DNA of 64,000 nucleotides. Source: Octopus sinensis. Its lineage: Eukaryota. The notes under the pieces are model-generated. The model was not told the origin of the DNA. It ran no database searches and worked only from the letters and a program-made list of their open reading frames with translations. Of the stretch, positions 51,091-64,000 are shown one piece after another. The first letter of the stretch is position 1; every line of letters begins with the position of its first letter. A program made the translations under genes and the position numbers. The DNA is taken from NCBI RefSeq assembly GCF_006345805.1, contig NC_042999.1, forward strand, positions 62,992,001 to 63,056,000, written 5' to 3'.

Positions 51091-51485
51091 AATCCTACCA
51101 GATATACATACATATAATGATAGAAGTGTAAGCAATCTAGTACATGCATGTATATGTAATTGTACATAGAGAAACATCAATGTAATTACAATCATAACCA
51201 CATCTTATCTATGATATTAAAAAAATGAGGCTTCTCCTGAACCAGTGGGAAAATGCTTATATATTTTTTCTATGTCAATGGTTATTCCACTCCAATGTTT
51301 CAAATACCAGTTTCCTGTTTGCTTTTTTTATTTAAAATAAAATGTATATTTTGATTATTTACTCTTACCATTTTTTTTCTTCTTTCAACATTTCACAATC
51401 AACTAATATTTTAAACTAGGCCATATGCTAAAGAACTATTTAGATTTTGTCTCAATTTGAAGCTTTCCTCCTCCTCCTCCTTATC

Positions 51486-51711
51486 ATGAAATTGATAAAA
51501 AAAACTGATAAAGATGAAATTGATTAAAAAACTGATTAAAATGAAATTGATAAAAAAAACTGATTAAAATGAAATTGATAAAAAAACTGATTAAAATGAA
51601 ATTGATAAAAAACTGATTAAAATTAAATTAATAAAAAAACTGATAAAAATGAAATTGATAAAAAACTGATTAAGATGAAATTGATTAAAAAAAACTGATT
51701 AAAATGAAATC
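51486..51711. repeat. Minisatellite, about 8 copies of a 27-28-bp unit
   Basis: Unit atgaaattgataaaaaaactgattaaa; variation is mostly in A-run length. Confidence 0.95.
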
Positions 51712-52448
51712 TATATAGGTTCAGAAAGTTATATGTAACCTTTTATTTGTTTCTGTCATTGGACTGCAGTCCATGCTGGGGTACCACCTTGACGGGTTTA
51801 GTTAAACAACTCATTTCCAGTTTTTCAAGTCTGATACTAATTCTATTGGTCTCTAACACTGAACCACTAAGTTATGAGTACATAACAAAGCAACACCAGA
51901 TGTGAAGCAGTGAGAGAAGGCAAACACAAAAACACACACACATATATATATATATATATGATAGGCTTTCACAGTCTCCATCAATCAAATTCACTCACAA
52001 AGTATGGATCAGCCCAGGGCAAAAAAAGAAGACACTTGCCCAAGGTTCCACACAATGGGACTGAACCTAAAACCACAGGGTTGTAAAACAAGCTTCTTAA
52101 TCACACGGCTATACTGGCACCATAAAATTTAAATATTCACATTACAAAATCATTAGTGTCTTTCAGTAAGGTATATTGCACACACAATAATTAACTGAGG
52201 TTGACTCCTTAAATATTGGTTTTAAATTCTGGCAGAAGGCCAGCAATTTGTGGGGAGAGCATAAGTCAATAACATCAACTCCGGTTCTTGACTGGTACAT
52301 ATTTTATTAACCCCAAAAGGGATGAAAAGGAAAAGTTGATCTCAGCAGAATTTGAACTCAGAACATAAAGACAGATGAAATTCCAACTGCTTAAATGCTA
52401 ATTAAATACAAGTATCCCTTGAATTGTTCTAGTTATATGCCTATATTA

Positions 52449-53014
52449 TTGGGTTGTTCAGAAAGTTCATGCCAGTTTTTAAAGGAAAGAAAAAGGTCAA
52501 TAAATACTTGCCATTACATTTTTAATCAACCAAATATGAACCATTTTGTTGCACAAGGCATCTCCATCTTTCCTTTAACTTAAAAATACCCTCTTCCCAG
52601 AATTGAGGTGGTTTCATGGTAAATAATTCATCAAGGTATCTTTTTACATCATCCAAGGAATTTAAATTTTTACCATTAAGACTATTCTGCAGAGAACTGA
52701 ATAAATGGAAATCCGAAGGAGCAATATCTGGTGAATATGGAGGGTGGGATAACACATTCCAGCTGAGCTGCAGCAATTTTTGTCTGGTTCCCAAAGCATC
52801 AAGTGCCGAAAATGAGCTTTCTTATCTTCCATTTTAAAAGGTTACAAAATTAACACAGGTTATAGGAACATAAACCTTCTTCCACGAAAAGCTAGCTTAA
52901 ACTGTGCTCTAAATGGAGGTGTAGTCAAATCCTATTTTATGGACTCAACCATGTTCTAAAATATGTCGAAAGGTAAGCTATTATAAATTGGCATGAACTT
53001 TAAGAACAGCCCAA
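52449..53014 (-). mobile_element. Internally deleted mariner MITE with both TIRs
   Basis: TA-ttgggttgttc...gaacagcccaa-TA; same deletion junction as 29960-30497. Confidence 0.9.
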
Positions 53015-53409
53015 TAGAATTAATTATCCATTTCCCATGCTGGCATGAGTTGGACAGTTTTATAGGAGCTGGCAAGCTAGAGACTTCACCAAACTCCAAT
53101 GTTTACTTTGGCACAGTTTCTATGACTGGATTCCCTTCCTAATACTAACAACTTTACAGAGTGTACAAGGTGCTTTTTTTCATGGTACCAGCATCAGTGA
53201 AGTCACCAATTAACTTGCAAGAAAAGACACGCCTCAACTGAGTGGGGGTGTAGCATTGACTGAAGTAGTTTTATGCCAAATGATGAGAGGCTACAATAAA
53301 GGGGCAGAGACAGGCTATCTTACTGTAGAGAAGATATATAGCTAACCCAGTTAGACAAAAGAGAAGGTGGTGGTAAAGAGGTGTAAGGGCAATTTAAATT
53401 AAGCTGACA

Positions 53410-53850
53410 GAAGGTGGCAAGCTGGCAGAAACGTTAGCACGCCGAACGAAATGCTTAGTAGTATTTCGTCTGCCGTTATGTTCTGAGTTCAAATTCCGCC
53501 GAGGTCCACTTAGCCTTTCATCCTATCGGGGTCGATAAATTAAGTACCAGTTATGCACTGGGGTCAATGTAATCGACTTAATCCCTTTGTCTGTCCTTGT
53601 TTGTCCCTTCTGTGTTTAGCCCCTTGTGGGCAATAAAAAAATAAGAATCATTAGAACACCAGACAGAATGCTTAGCAGCACTTTGTCCATCTTTAAATTC
53701 TGAGTTCAAGTTTTTACCAAGGTCAACTTTGCCTCTCATCCTGCCAGGGTCAATAAAATAAGTACCAGTTACGCCTGGGGGGGGGTTGATGTAATCAACT
53801 TCTCCCCTTCCCCAAGATTGTTGGCCTTGTGCCAAAATTTGAAACCAAAT
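53410..53850 (+). mobile_element. Young family-B SINE abutting or inside an older family-B SINE
   Basis: Young copy at about 53410-53643; the older copy resumes at agaatcattagaacacc. Confidence 0.8.
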
Positions 53851-54103
53851 TAAATTAAGCTTCAATTGTTTGCTTAATAATTCAATCTTTTCTTATACAA
53901 TTCACTACATCAGTGAAAAATGAATGCTTTTAGCAATGAGCCATATCTAAGCATTAGCATCTGTAAAGGGAAGCTGAACCAAAAATGAGATGATTCTGAG
54001 ACTGGATTCCCTGCTACTTGCTGCCAACATTACGACAATACATCACTTGTTGTTGTTTATCGTGTTTCACAAATAATTTGTTTTCTTTGTGTGTGTATGT
54101 GCC

Positions 54104-54146
<43 letters not shown>

Positions 54147-54384
54147 ATGTTTTGGCACCAAATCTAAAAACAAGGGAAACACTATATTCTGAATTAAGTA
54201 ATTATTCCAAAAGCAACATAGCAAAACACGATTAAAACTAGAGAATATGGTTAAGTAGGATATGTTATATACTAATTTACTCTGAGTATGAGCACCATCA
54301 ATTAGTTGGCATTAAATTCTCTTTAATATGCAACTTTATTCCTCTCTATTTGTTAGTGAGAATATCAATAGAATACCAGACAAC

Positions 54385-54640
54385 CAGCCAGCCAATAAAC
54401 CAACCAACCAACCAACCAACCAACCAACCAGCCAGCTAACCAACCAACCAACCAACCGACTGACCGACTGACTGATCAAACGACTAACCAATCAACCAAC
54501 CGACTGACCAACCAACCAACCAACCAACCAGCCGACTAACCAACCAACTGACCGACCAACCAACCAACCAACCAACCAACCAACCAACCAGCCAACCAAC
54601 CAACCAACAAACCAACCAACCAACCAGCTAACCAGCCAAT
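54385..54640. repeat. (CCAA)n/(CCGA)n tetranucleotide array
   Basis: Directly visible. Confidence 0.95.
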
Positions 54641-55057
54641 TAAGATGTCCTGTGTCTTGTCACTGTAAGTATAAATGTGGCAAACATATCTAACATTTAG
54701 TGTTCAGGGTGTTAGACTCATGATCGTAAGATTGCGGTTTCAATTCCTGGGCCAGGCGATGCATTGTGCTCTTGGGCAAAACATTTCATTTCTTGTTGCT
54801 CCTGTCCACTCAGCTTGTAAAAATGAGTTATCCTGTGATGGACTGGTGTCCTGTCCAGGTGGGCAATATGTACACCACAGAAACTGGGAAAATGGTCCTA
54901 TGGGTCTAAATGACCCAGGAAGAATCTTATCCTTCATTATCCTTATGTACTCAATAGAGAACTCTGCTTAATGTAGGAACGAATATCTTAATACTGAAAG
55001 CAGCAGCTGCACTGAAATTGACAAGGACTGGTTTTAACTTCATCTATGTGTCTTGTC

Positions 55058-55129
<72 letters not shown>

Positions 55130-55249
55130 GGGAAAGGTTTAATCAGTTGTCAACACTTTATTGAAGCAGAATAAAACAGCCTAGGGTGGTATATAAAAAA
55201 ATGCCGTGGAGCCACTGTTGAAACACACAAAGAGGGCCAGCATCATCAA

Positions 55250-56150
55250 CACTGAAAATTGTGTAACTAAAAAAAATTTAAACAAGAAATGAACAAAAAG
55301 AAAAAATAAAAAGCATGGAAGGAAAAGTAAATGCACAGTCTGTTTGCAAGAGATGTGAATGCCAAGACAGATATAGAGGGCTGGTGATTATGGATGAGGA
55401 GGAATGACCTGAAGATAGAGACAGAAGCACTCATATGCGCAGCTCAGGAACAAGCATTAAGGACCAACTATATGAAGTACAGAATAGGCAACACTACCAA
55501 TAGTGACAAATGCAGAATGTGTGGTGAGAGGGGTGAAATGGTTTGGCACATCGTTAGCAAATGCCCGAAATTGGCACAACGCAAATACAAAAGATGCTAT
55601 GACAATGTGGCAATAATGATCCATTGGGAGCTTTGTGGAAATCCTGGCTTGCAAAGAGCAAAGATGTGGTAAGAGTAAACTCCAGAATGAGTCACTGTAA
55701 ATGAGAATTGTAAAATCCTGTGTTATCACCTGACTAAACATTGGAAACCAGACATTGTTGTGGTGAATAAAAAAGAAAGAACATGTACGATTATCGACAT
55801 AGCATGCCCCGGTGACAACAGGATCAATGTGAAAGAAGAAAAAATAAACAATGATGATTTGAAGTGGGAAATATGAAGGGTGTGGTCAATGAAGATAGTA
55901 GACGGGATACCAATAGTAATTGGTGCGCTTGGAAGCATCAGCACTCAACTACCAACATAGCTGAAAAAGATTGGTGTAAGTGTGAAGGCAGAATGCCTAC
56001 AAAAATCAGTATTGCTTGTAACTGCAAGAATTCTTCACAAGGTTCTTGAAGCATGACCAGCAGACTAAGTGCCATCTTAGTCTGCTGGCTGTAGACAGCT
56101 GATACTTTCCATCATGCCCAGCAAAATAAGTTGTGAGTTTCCATATAATA
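55250..56150 (+). pseudogene. 5'-truncated R4/Dong-like RLE retrotransposon 3' end
   Basis: CRMCGERGEMVWHIVSKC (CCHC), WKPDIVVVNKKERTCTIIDIACPGD (PD..D restriction-like endonuclease), PIVIGALG; ends in a (TAA)/(TGA) repeat. Confidence 0.85.
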
Positions 56151-57619
56151 ATAATGATGATGATGATGATGATGATGATGCTTTGTAAAATAGACGCAAG
56201 GTACAAATTTTAAGTGAGAGTACAGTTGACCTTAGTACTTGATGGCTACTTTATTCACTGCCTAACAAGCTTTTCTAATTTTGGCAAAAGGCCAGCAGCT
56301 TCGAAGGAAGAAGGAAGTCAATTGTGCTGACCCAGCTGCTCAAGTGGTACTTATTTTATCAGGAAGAAAGACAAAGTCAACTTTGGCTGCATTAGAACTC
56401 AGAATGTAAAGAGCTGGAAGAAATGCTGCTAATCATTTTGTCTGGTGCAGTAATGACTCTGCCAGCACGACACCTTCTTCCTCCTCCTAATAATATATTA
56501 AACATAAAAAGCAAATAACAAAATACTTTATTAAAATATTTTTCTTTATTAAGAGTAATGAAATAATTAATTAAAAACCATACAAACAGTCACAGTTTTG
56601 TGATTACGCACACATAACATATACATATATTATTTCATGAACCACATTTATGAAATGCTAGAAGTTTGGTTCAATCTTTGCCAGAGCTATGCACTAAAAT
56701 ACTCATATATTTTATGGGCAGGGTTGGTGGTGTTTCTGATTATGTTTAACCATACTTCATTATCTCAGATTACGAGCTCTTAGCAATTAATAACAATTTT
56801 GTTGATTCTTGTCTTGAGAACTCAAGTAGTTTTTAGAAAAATATCTCAAAATTCCTATCGCTTCAAATTAGCTTTTGAAAAATCAGAGAAGAGATTTAGA
56901 CATTGGAATCCAGGGAATTTTAAATACTTCCTTCTCAAATAACAACAATGGCCTGGTTTTCATTAGGAGTAGAAGAAATAAATCTATATTAAAAAAAAAA
57001 AGGTAGGGTTGATTTCTTCCTGCCAACAGTGTTGATGCTGTTGTATGTATAGATATTTTGGAATGAAATGATTAAAAAGTAAGCATATCCTCTATAAACA
57101 GCAAAAAAACAAAACAAAATTGTATGAACAAATAATAATAATAATAATAATAATAATGTTTCTGATAAATGCACAAAGCCTGAAATTTAGGACTAGCAGG
57201 GGAGCATTATGATGCCATGTGTTGAGAGGAATTCTTTGGGCTTTGAATAATTCATCTTTGGAAATATGGGTGTTTCATTCAACATCCTTAAACAACCCTT
57301 ATTCAGGAACCTTTTGAGTGGGATGAACTACTCAACCTGAAGAAAATTCTAACTGGATTCCACCTGCAAGGTCATGTGCTGTCTATCTTGATATGAAATC
57401 ACCATGTCGTTCACATATGGATGTGATGCATGTGTCTAGTGTACTCTTATCAGACAGGTAATCATGATGGTATATAGGGCTTCATATATTTGTACCCTAG
57501 TGTCACTTTGATGGCAAGTGTCTCTCTTCAAGCATTTTAATCTTGCCCCCCATACTGATCTTTTTGCTAAAGTTATGAAATAAAGAAAAACTAGTTGAAG
57601 CAAAAATGTAGGGCAATCC

Positions 57620-58960
57620 TCATTATGGACTCAGTTGATAGTTTTATCTCTGTTATACAATACAACAGTTGCTTGAATACACTTCATAAGTCAGAAATGC
57701 TTGAATTGTGTGCAGAATGGTTTCATTGTCCAGCACATATCCCGGACAAGTTCAATTCTGCTGTATCTACTGAGTTCATCTAGAGCCAGCAATGCCCTTT
57801 GTTACCACTGTCCAAGCAAGAAGTTTTTTGATGTCCATAGTTCCTGGTATAATGGTCATCCACCAAAGACTGTTCAGCTGATTCTTGTCAATGCCCCTGA
57901 GTTTCATTACCACTGGTGTTGTGCACAAACACCACTGATATTACAGGATGCAGAGACTGATGTCCAAGTGGAACTTGTTTGACCAATGATAGCGGTTCTT
58001 TCAAAGAGACCACTTCTTGATATCGCTACAAATGCTGCAACATCAGCATATTATCAATCACTGCAAGCTGAGCTCTCCATCAGCTGTTAGCAAAATGGAC
58101 CATTTGGCCAGAGAAACATTTCTCAGCAAGTCTGGCCATCATGTTCAATAACCCCATCCCAGGTCCTCTCTGTTTAGAGGTATGGCTTGAACCAGAGAGC
58201 AAAGATCTCAGCAGAACTAGAGGTTCGTAATGCTGACTAACATGGACTTGCCTCTCCATGTGCTAAGATGCAAACTACTGACATGTGGTACTTAATGCAT
58301 GCACCTATCACCAACTTGCGTATTCCTTCAGTAGAATGCTGATCACCTCATTTTGAATGATGGTAACATCCTCTATGCAGCTGACATGGCTTTCCTTCAT
58401 CTTAGTTTGAGCAGAAAGCTTCTCAACATCTCTATCTTTTGCAACAAGGGTTCAAGAACTGGGGCAATGATAAGAGGGCATCCTTGCCAAACCAAGCATA
58501 TGATTCAAGCTTCCATAGGTAGAAATTCAGTCCCACTATGAAGCAAATGCCATTGTACAGTGGACTGTTGACTAGTAATTATAATCAGCTCTATCAAAAA
58601 TTTTGGAACAATCCCAATGGATTAGAGCTCCATTAAAGTGAGGTTTGTTACCAGCCCTCCTCACTATTTATCATGAGGTTAAGGTTGTAGATAAACCTGC
58701 TGGAAATGCAGGCATGTGCTTATATCTACATTCCCAACTACACTACCAGCACCTTGGCTAAGATTTTAAACTCTGCATTCAGCAGTTATGGGTCAGAAAT
58801 TGCAGATGATATCTCCTTTGTTTATGTTATGTCCTTCTTCAGCAGGGAAAGTCTCAAATCTGTGACCAGTTGTGATAAACATCTGTCAAGAGAGGACAAT
58901 TAGTGTGGCATGTCCATAAAGCACATACCATCCAAATCAAGCAATGTCTCTCACAAAACC
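57620..58960 (-). pseudogene. Decayed Tx1/L1-clade reverse transcriptase (ORF2) relic
   Basis: F*PIT/LNAEFKILAKVL, HWDCSKIFDRAD and VWQGCPL...LEPLL correspond to L1/Tx1 RT domains. Confidence 0.8.
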
Positions 58961-60760
58961 ACTCACTGCTAATCATATGTTAGCTGCTGTTATTAATTTT
59001 ATGCAACATTCAACCTTTTTTGCTGAGAGCCATCAAGGTAGGTATTAAAGCCCACTGCACTTGGTTTACTAGTATTGCAGTAAACTATGGAATTTTCCTA
59101 ATAATTTCAATTCAAGTGACAATGAATAGGGTGTAAAACTTAAATATTTTGGTTGTATTACTTACGTTTCTTTGTTCTGAGTTCAACTTCTGAGAGGTTG
59201 ACTTTGCATTTCATGATTGATAAAAAAAAAAAAAGAAAGAAAAACCTATCATACACAGTAGTTAATTTAATTAAGCTATAACCTGCTCTACCCTCAAATT
59301 GATTTCTGGCCTTGTATCATCTTGAAATCATTATTGTTTCAATGTTATTTAATTCAAGATAAGCTGTGATTGACCAGACTTATAATAAAAGATACCCAGT
59401 CTTATTGTCAGTAACTACATTGACTGATATGTCCTCTCTTTTTAAGGTGTGTGTGTGTGTGTGTGGGGGGGGGGGTGTAATTGGAAGAAGATTTGGTTGC
59501 TATTTCTAAAATGTCACATGACTGTATAGATTTCATATTGATTAGTAGTTTCAATGGTATCATAGCTCACAGTATAAATGAATCACTGCATGATTTTGTG
59601 AGTGTGGGTTTGAATATACCATATATTTTCTCATATATCTTTCTCTGACAAAGGTTGCCTTCCACTGCCAGCTTATAGCTTGTGTTGAGTGCTTTTCTCA
59701 TTTCCAATCTTCACCTGTTTCTAAGCAAAGTAATATTTCCCCTAGTTCTTCAAACATGAACAACATTAAAGCTGGACATGTTTTCAGGGAAGACTGCAAA
59801 TGAATGACATATGATGGCAGTGTTTATCTGTATATATAAAAGGAAGGATGTGTGTGTGTGTGTGAGTGTGTACGTGAATGTAATTTATGCACGTCCACAA
59901 ATTCGCACGCATGTCGCTCCTATTTTAGGAGGACATTCGTCATTACCCTAGCCATAGTTTTGTCAAATTATTTTTGCTAGAGGCACCAGCGAATAGCAGT
60001 CAAAATAAATTTTCAACCAAAGCTTTGAACAATTTTCAAGTTGGAGAAATCACCATTGTTTGCAAACATGAGTTAAGTCCCTTTCTAGTGACGAGTAAGT
60101 TTTTTTCCTATCGAAGAAAAAAAGTGTTTTGTTGATATATGGCATGTATGCAATAGGTTACGTACGTACGTGTGTGTTGCCCATATATATGTATAAACCA
60201 ATTTCAACGGATTTCACGTCGTTGTTACTTAGTTTGGTTTGAAATAAAGAACTTGATGAGCTTAATAATCCTAACTTAATCCCGGGCAAAGCTGGGTTAT
60301 ACTGCTAGTTTACAATAAGCACACAATGTCCAGACAAAGAGACAGTTTTGCACACACATATGATGGGTTTCTGTCTACCAAATTCATTCACAGAGATATG
60401 GTCAGCTTAAATTTATAGCAGAAGATATTTACCCAAAGTGCTTTGTAGTATAAGTAAACTTGATTGTGAAGCAAATTTCTTAACCACACAACCATGGATT
60501 TATACATGCACACACACACACGTATATAAAAACTCTAAACAGAACATACAAGCGTGACAACTAAAGCTTACAATTCAGGCAAGCTAGATGAATTAATACT
60601 CATTGTGTATTTTGTGATTTTTCTAAATAGTAGATTGTGAATTTTGTGCAGCTCATTATGATCTACTGAAATTTAAAATTTAGTCAAAAGGTTATTGTTA
60701 AAATGCATCCACAATATCAAAATTTGGTGACTCTCAAAAAATAGAAACACTTCTGAAATA

Positions 60761-61678
60761 CACTCGACTTCAGATAGAATGGATACGAATATAACAGACA
60801 AAATTGTCTGGTCTGGATTTTCGTAATGTAAATTTCATATAGATTTTGGCTCCTATAACAGACCAGGTGCTCATTATTTGGTTCAGACAAGATTACTCCA
60901 AACTGGATTTACATATTGATGGGGAAATATTGATACAGAAAGCAGCATATTTGCAAAGGAATTCAGCCATAAAACCATGCCAAATACTGCAGGGATTGAA
61001 AGGTGGAAGAAACACTGGAATGTAGGATCCTGAAGTCAGGTGAATCCGGAGGTGTGGACCTGGATGTGGTTAAGGAGTGGAGAGAAGTTGTGATGAATGA
61101 CATTCTGACATGCTATCAAGAACATGACATGTTCAATTGTGACGAAACTGGTCTATATTGGCAAATGTTACCAGAGAGAAGCCGCGGGTTTTGAAGGTGG
61201 CGAGCTGGCAGAAACGTTAGCATGTCGGGTGAAATGCTTAGCGGTATTTCGTCTGCTGTTACGTTCTGAGTTCAAATTCTGCTGAGATTGACTTTGCCTT
61301 TCATCCTTTCGGTTCAATAAATAAAGTACCAGTTATGCACTGGGGTTGATGTAATTGACTTAATCCCTTTGTCTGTTCCCTTGTGGGCAATAAAGTAATA
61401 AGAAGCCGCGGGTTTATTGGTGAAGAAAATAAAGTGAACTAATGAAATTGTCACAGAATTGAGAAGCTCCACAGTCGACACATTCTTTCTTTTATTTATT
61501 TGTTATTTGACTGCAGCCATGCTGGAGCACCACCTTTAGTTGAGCAAATCAACCCCAGGACTTATTCTTTGTAAGCTTAGTACTTATCCTATCGGTCTTT
61601 CTTGCTGAACCGCTATGTGATGGGGATGTAAACACACCAGCATCGGTTGTCAAGTGATGTTGGGGGGACAGACACACA

Positions 61679-61716
<38 letters not shown>

Positions 61717-62887
61717 CAACGGGCTTCTTTCAGTTTCTGTTTACCAAATCCACTCACAAGGCTATAGTAGAAGACACTTGCCCAAGGTGCCACACAGTGG
61801 GACTGAATCCAGAACCATCTGGTTGATAAGCAAGCTACTTACCACACAGCCACTCCTGCCTGTGTTGATATAGACGACAAAGCTGGTGATGATGATGGGA
61901 ATAAAGAAGGTGGTGAATTCAGTACACCTCTCACAAGTGGTGATGCATATTCTACCTTGAATATTTTGTGATCGTTTGTACTCTCAGTAGAATGGCCAGA
62001 GGCGGAAGACATTTTCGATTGTACAGTGAAAATAGAGAAACTGATTCACAAGAATACACATACAATTCTGAAACAAAAGAAAATGACCAACTTTTTTGAA
62101 CCGAAACCAAAATAAATGTACCATAAATCCTCGAGTATAATCCGCATTTTCCTGCCAAAATCCTTAGTGCATACTATATACGAGGTTAAAAATGAAAATT
62201 ATTTTCTAAGCAATGTCCGAATCTATTTGCTGTCCGGCAATGTTTATTCAGACGCATTTTGTGATGTTGGGTGTGAAAATACCTTAAGCTAAGCTTGAAA
62301 GCAATGAAGTCATAAAAGAATCATCCATAACTTGCAGTAAGCAACATTTATTAAACGTTATTAGTTATTTCTTTATTTTCTGCAAACAAAATGCACAAAA
62401 AAACTACAAGTTTGCATTATGTTATATATACAATAATAATAAAGGACATTACCATATACATTTTTACAAACCAAGGACGTTATATAGACCTCTTTGATTC
62501 AAGTTAGAGAAGGGGTGCGTATTATATACAAGGTTTAGGTTTTTCAGAGTAACAGCCCCCTAAAAATCCCCTGTGTATTATACTCAAGGATTTACGGTAT
62601 TTGTATGTGAAAATGAACATCTTTGTATGTACCTAATCTCAAATCTGTCGATTTTATAACAGTAGATTAGCAACAGTACAGTAATTCAATGTGTTGATTC
62701 TTATTTAGTACTCATGGATCCTGAGATTGTGACATGATACCTTATCCTGATGAATCTCATTGTGTACAGTATACTTCATAGAATGGTGTGCAGTACAAAT
62801 GGGTTTCACTTCGTTTTTGGTTATAATGGTTAAGTGGATATGATGGACAAATTTTCCTGAGGTGTCCATTATATCCAAAGTCTACTG
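60761..62887 (+). mobile_element. Tigger/pogo relic with three nested insertions
   Basis: 26-bp TIRs (20/26 match) with TA flanks; GESGGVDLDVVKEW...MFNCDETGLYWQMLPERS. Nested SINE B 61192-61400 (15-bp TSD agaagccgcgggttt), SINE A about 61490-61860, MITE 62121-62597. Confidence 0.85.
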
Positions 62888-64000
62888 TAATGCTTTTCTT
62901 GAACCTTCTACAAAGAATTCAAACTAGAAATGTGAAGAACCTCATTGACTCTCAGTGAAACCAAAGTTATGCTTTTATGTTTTTGAAACTACGCCTTAAC
63001 CCTTTCATTACCGTATTTATTTTGAGATGCTCAGTGTTTTTTTTTCAATTACTTTAAATATAACAAAGAATTTAGTAAAATAACCTAGTTATCATTCAGC
63101 TAGTGTTAGGAACATAAATTGTGACTAAAGTTTGGTGGAAGATTTTAATTCAAAACTTATGAAAATAAGACATCTGTACTCAGAGCCAGAGCTGGGTTGG
63201 TAATGTTTTTAAGGTTTTTCAAATTTTTCACATCTTTGTTGGAAGCAGTGAAAATGAATAGAAATTCATCTTCTCTTTGCAGCAACAATAATGATCTTTA
63301 TCATTTTATCCTAAATTAAGATACTTTGCACTGCTAAAGCAACCAAAGTTTGTAGTGGCAGGAGCCAGTTAGTTGTGCATTGATATTGTTGTTGGGTTAG
63401 ATAGAGTTTATTGAGGCAAACTTTGTTTGGCCAGATGCCTTTCTTGTCACCAACCATTACCGTTTTCCAAGCAAGGTAATATTTCCCTATGTCCAGACAT
63501 ATTTTCACAGAACATTGGAAATAATCGACATTGCTTGTATGTCAGTGACACTCACACATATATGTACATGCACACACACACACACACACGTAGCTGACCT
63601 AGAGCTATAGTAGAAGACACTTGTCCAATGTGCCACACAGTGGTACTGAACCTGGAACCATGTGAATGGGAAGCAAACTTCTTACCACACAGCCACAACT
63701 GCACATATGTTGCAGTTATTTTCATATGCACTAAGTATCTGCATCTATTTTACTACAGTTTTTTTGTATTTCTTGCTGCTGCTGCTCAACAACAACAACA
63801 GCAGCAGCAACAGCAACAAAAAAAAACATCTGTTTTCCATGCTGCATGGGTTGGATTGTTTGTTAAGAGCTGACAAACCAGAAGGCTTCACTGTCTGTTT
63901 TGGCATGGCTTTTATGGCTAGCTGCCCTTCCTAATACCAAGCACCTTACAGAATACTAACCAGTGATTCCGTAATCCTTAGTAACTGAGCCAGCAATCTA

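Noticed and set aside
51486-51711. CRISPR-like regular repeats
   Set aside because: No unique spacers; simple minisatellite in eukaryotic DNA.
54960-55040. Possible exons next to the (AG)n tract
   Set aside because: Several short frames on both strands, none recognisable or with convincing splice pairs.

Overview
AT-rich eukaryotic DNA, dense in microsatellites and repeats. The tRNA-headed SINE families and the overall composition look like a cephalopod (octopus-like) intron or intergenic region; this is inference from recalled repeat sequences, not a search. I found no intact host CDS, rRNA, tRNA gene or CRISPR array, and nearly all ORF-track entries are SINE or microsatellite artefacts. 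The window holds dozens of SINEs from about four families, MITEs (hAT, piggyBac, Tc2/pogo, palindromic), and decayed transposase or RT relics (hAT-Buster, mariner, Tc1, maT, Tigger, Helitron, RTE, R4/Dong, Tx1/L1). The standout is a complete-looking 1,993-bp minus-strand retroelement at 14813-16805. It is bounded by a perfect 15-bp TSD inside the tRNA head of a SINE and encodes only an L1/Tx1-type ORF1 (RRM-like region plus CCHC knuckle), with no RT or endonuclease. It also has a 3' stem-loop and a possible 5'-UTR intron, so it resembles a HAL1-like half-LINE. Other notable items: a 157-nt multi-hairpin structured segment near 10.1-10.3 kb, a foldback mariner, palindromic MITEs with telomere-like cores, and a CpG-retaining domain at about 20-26 kb.
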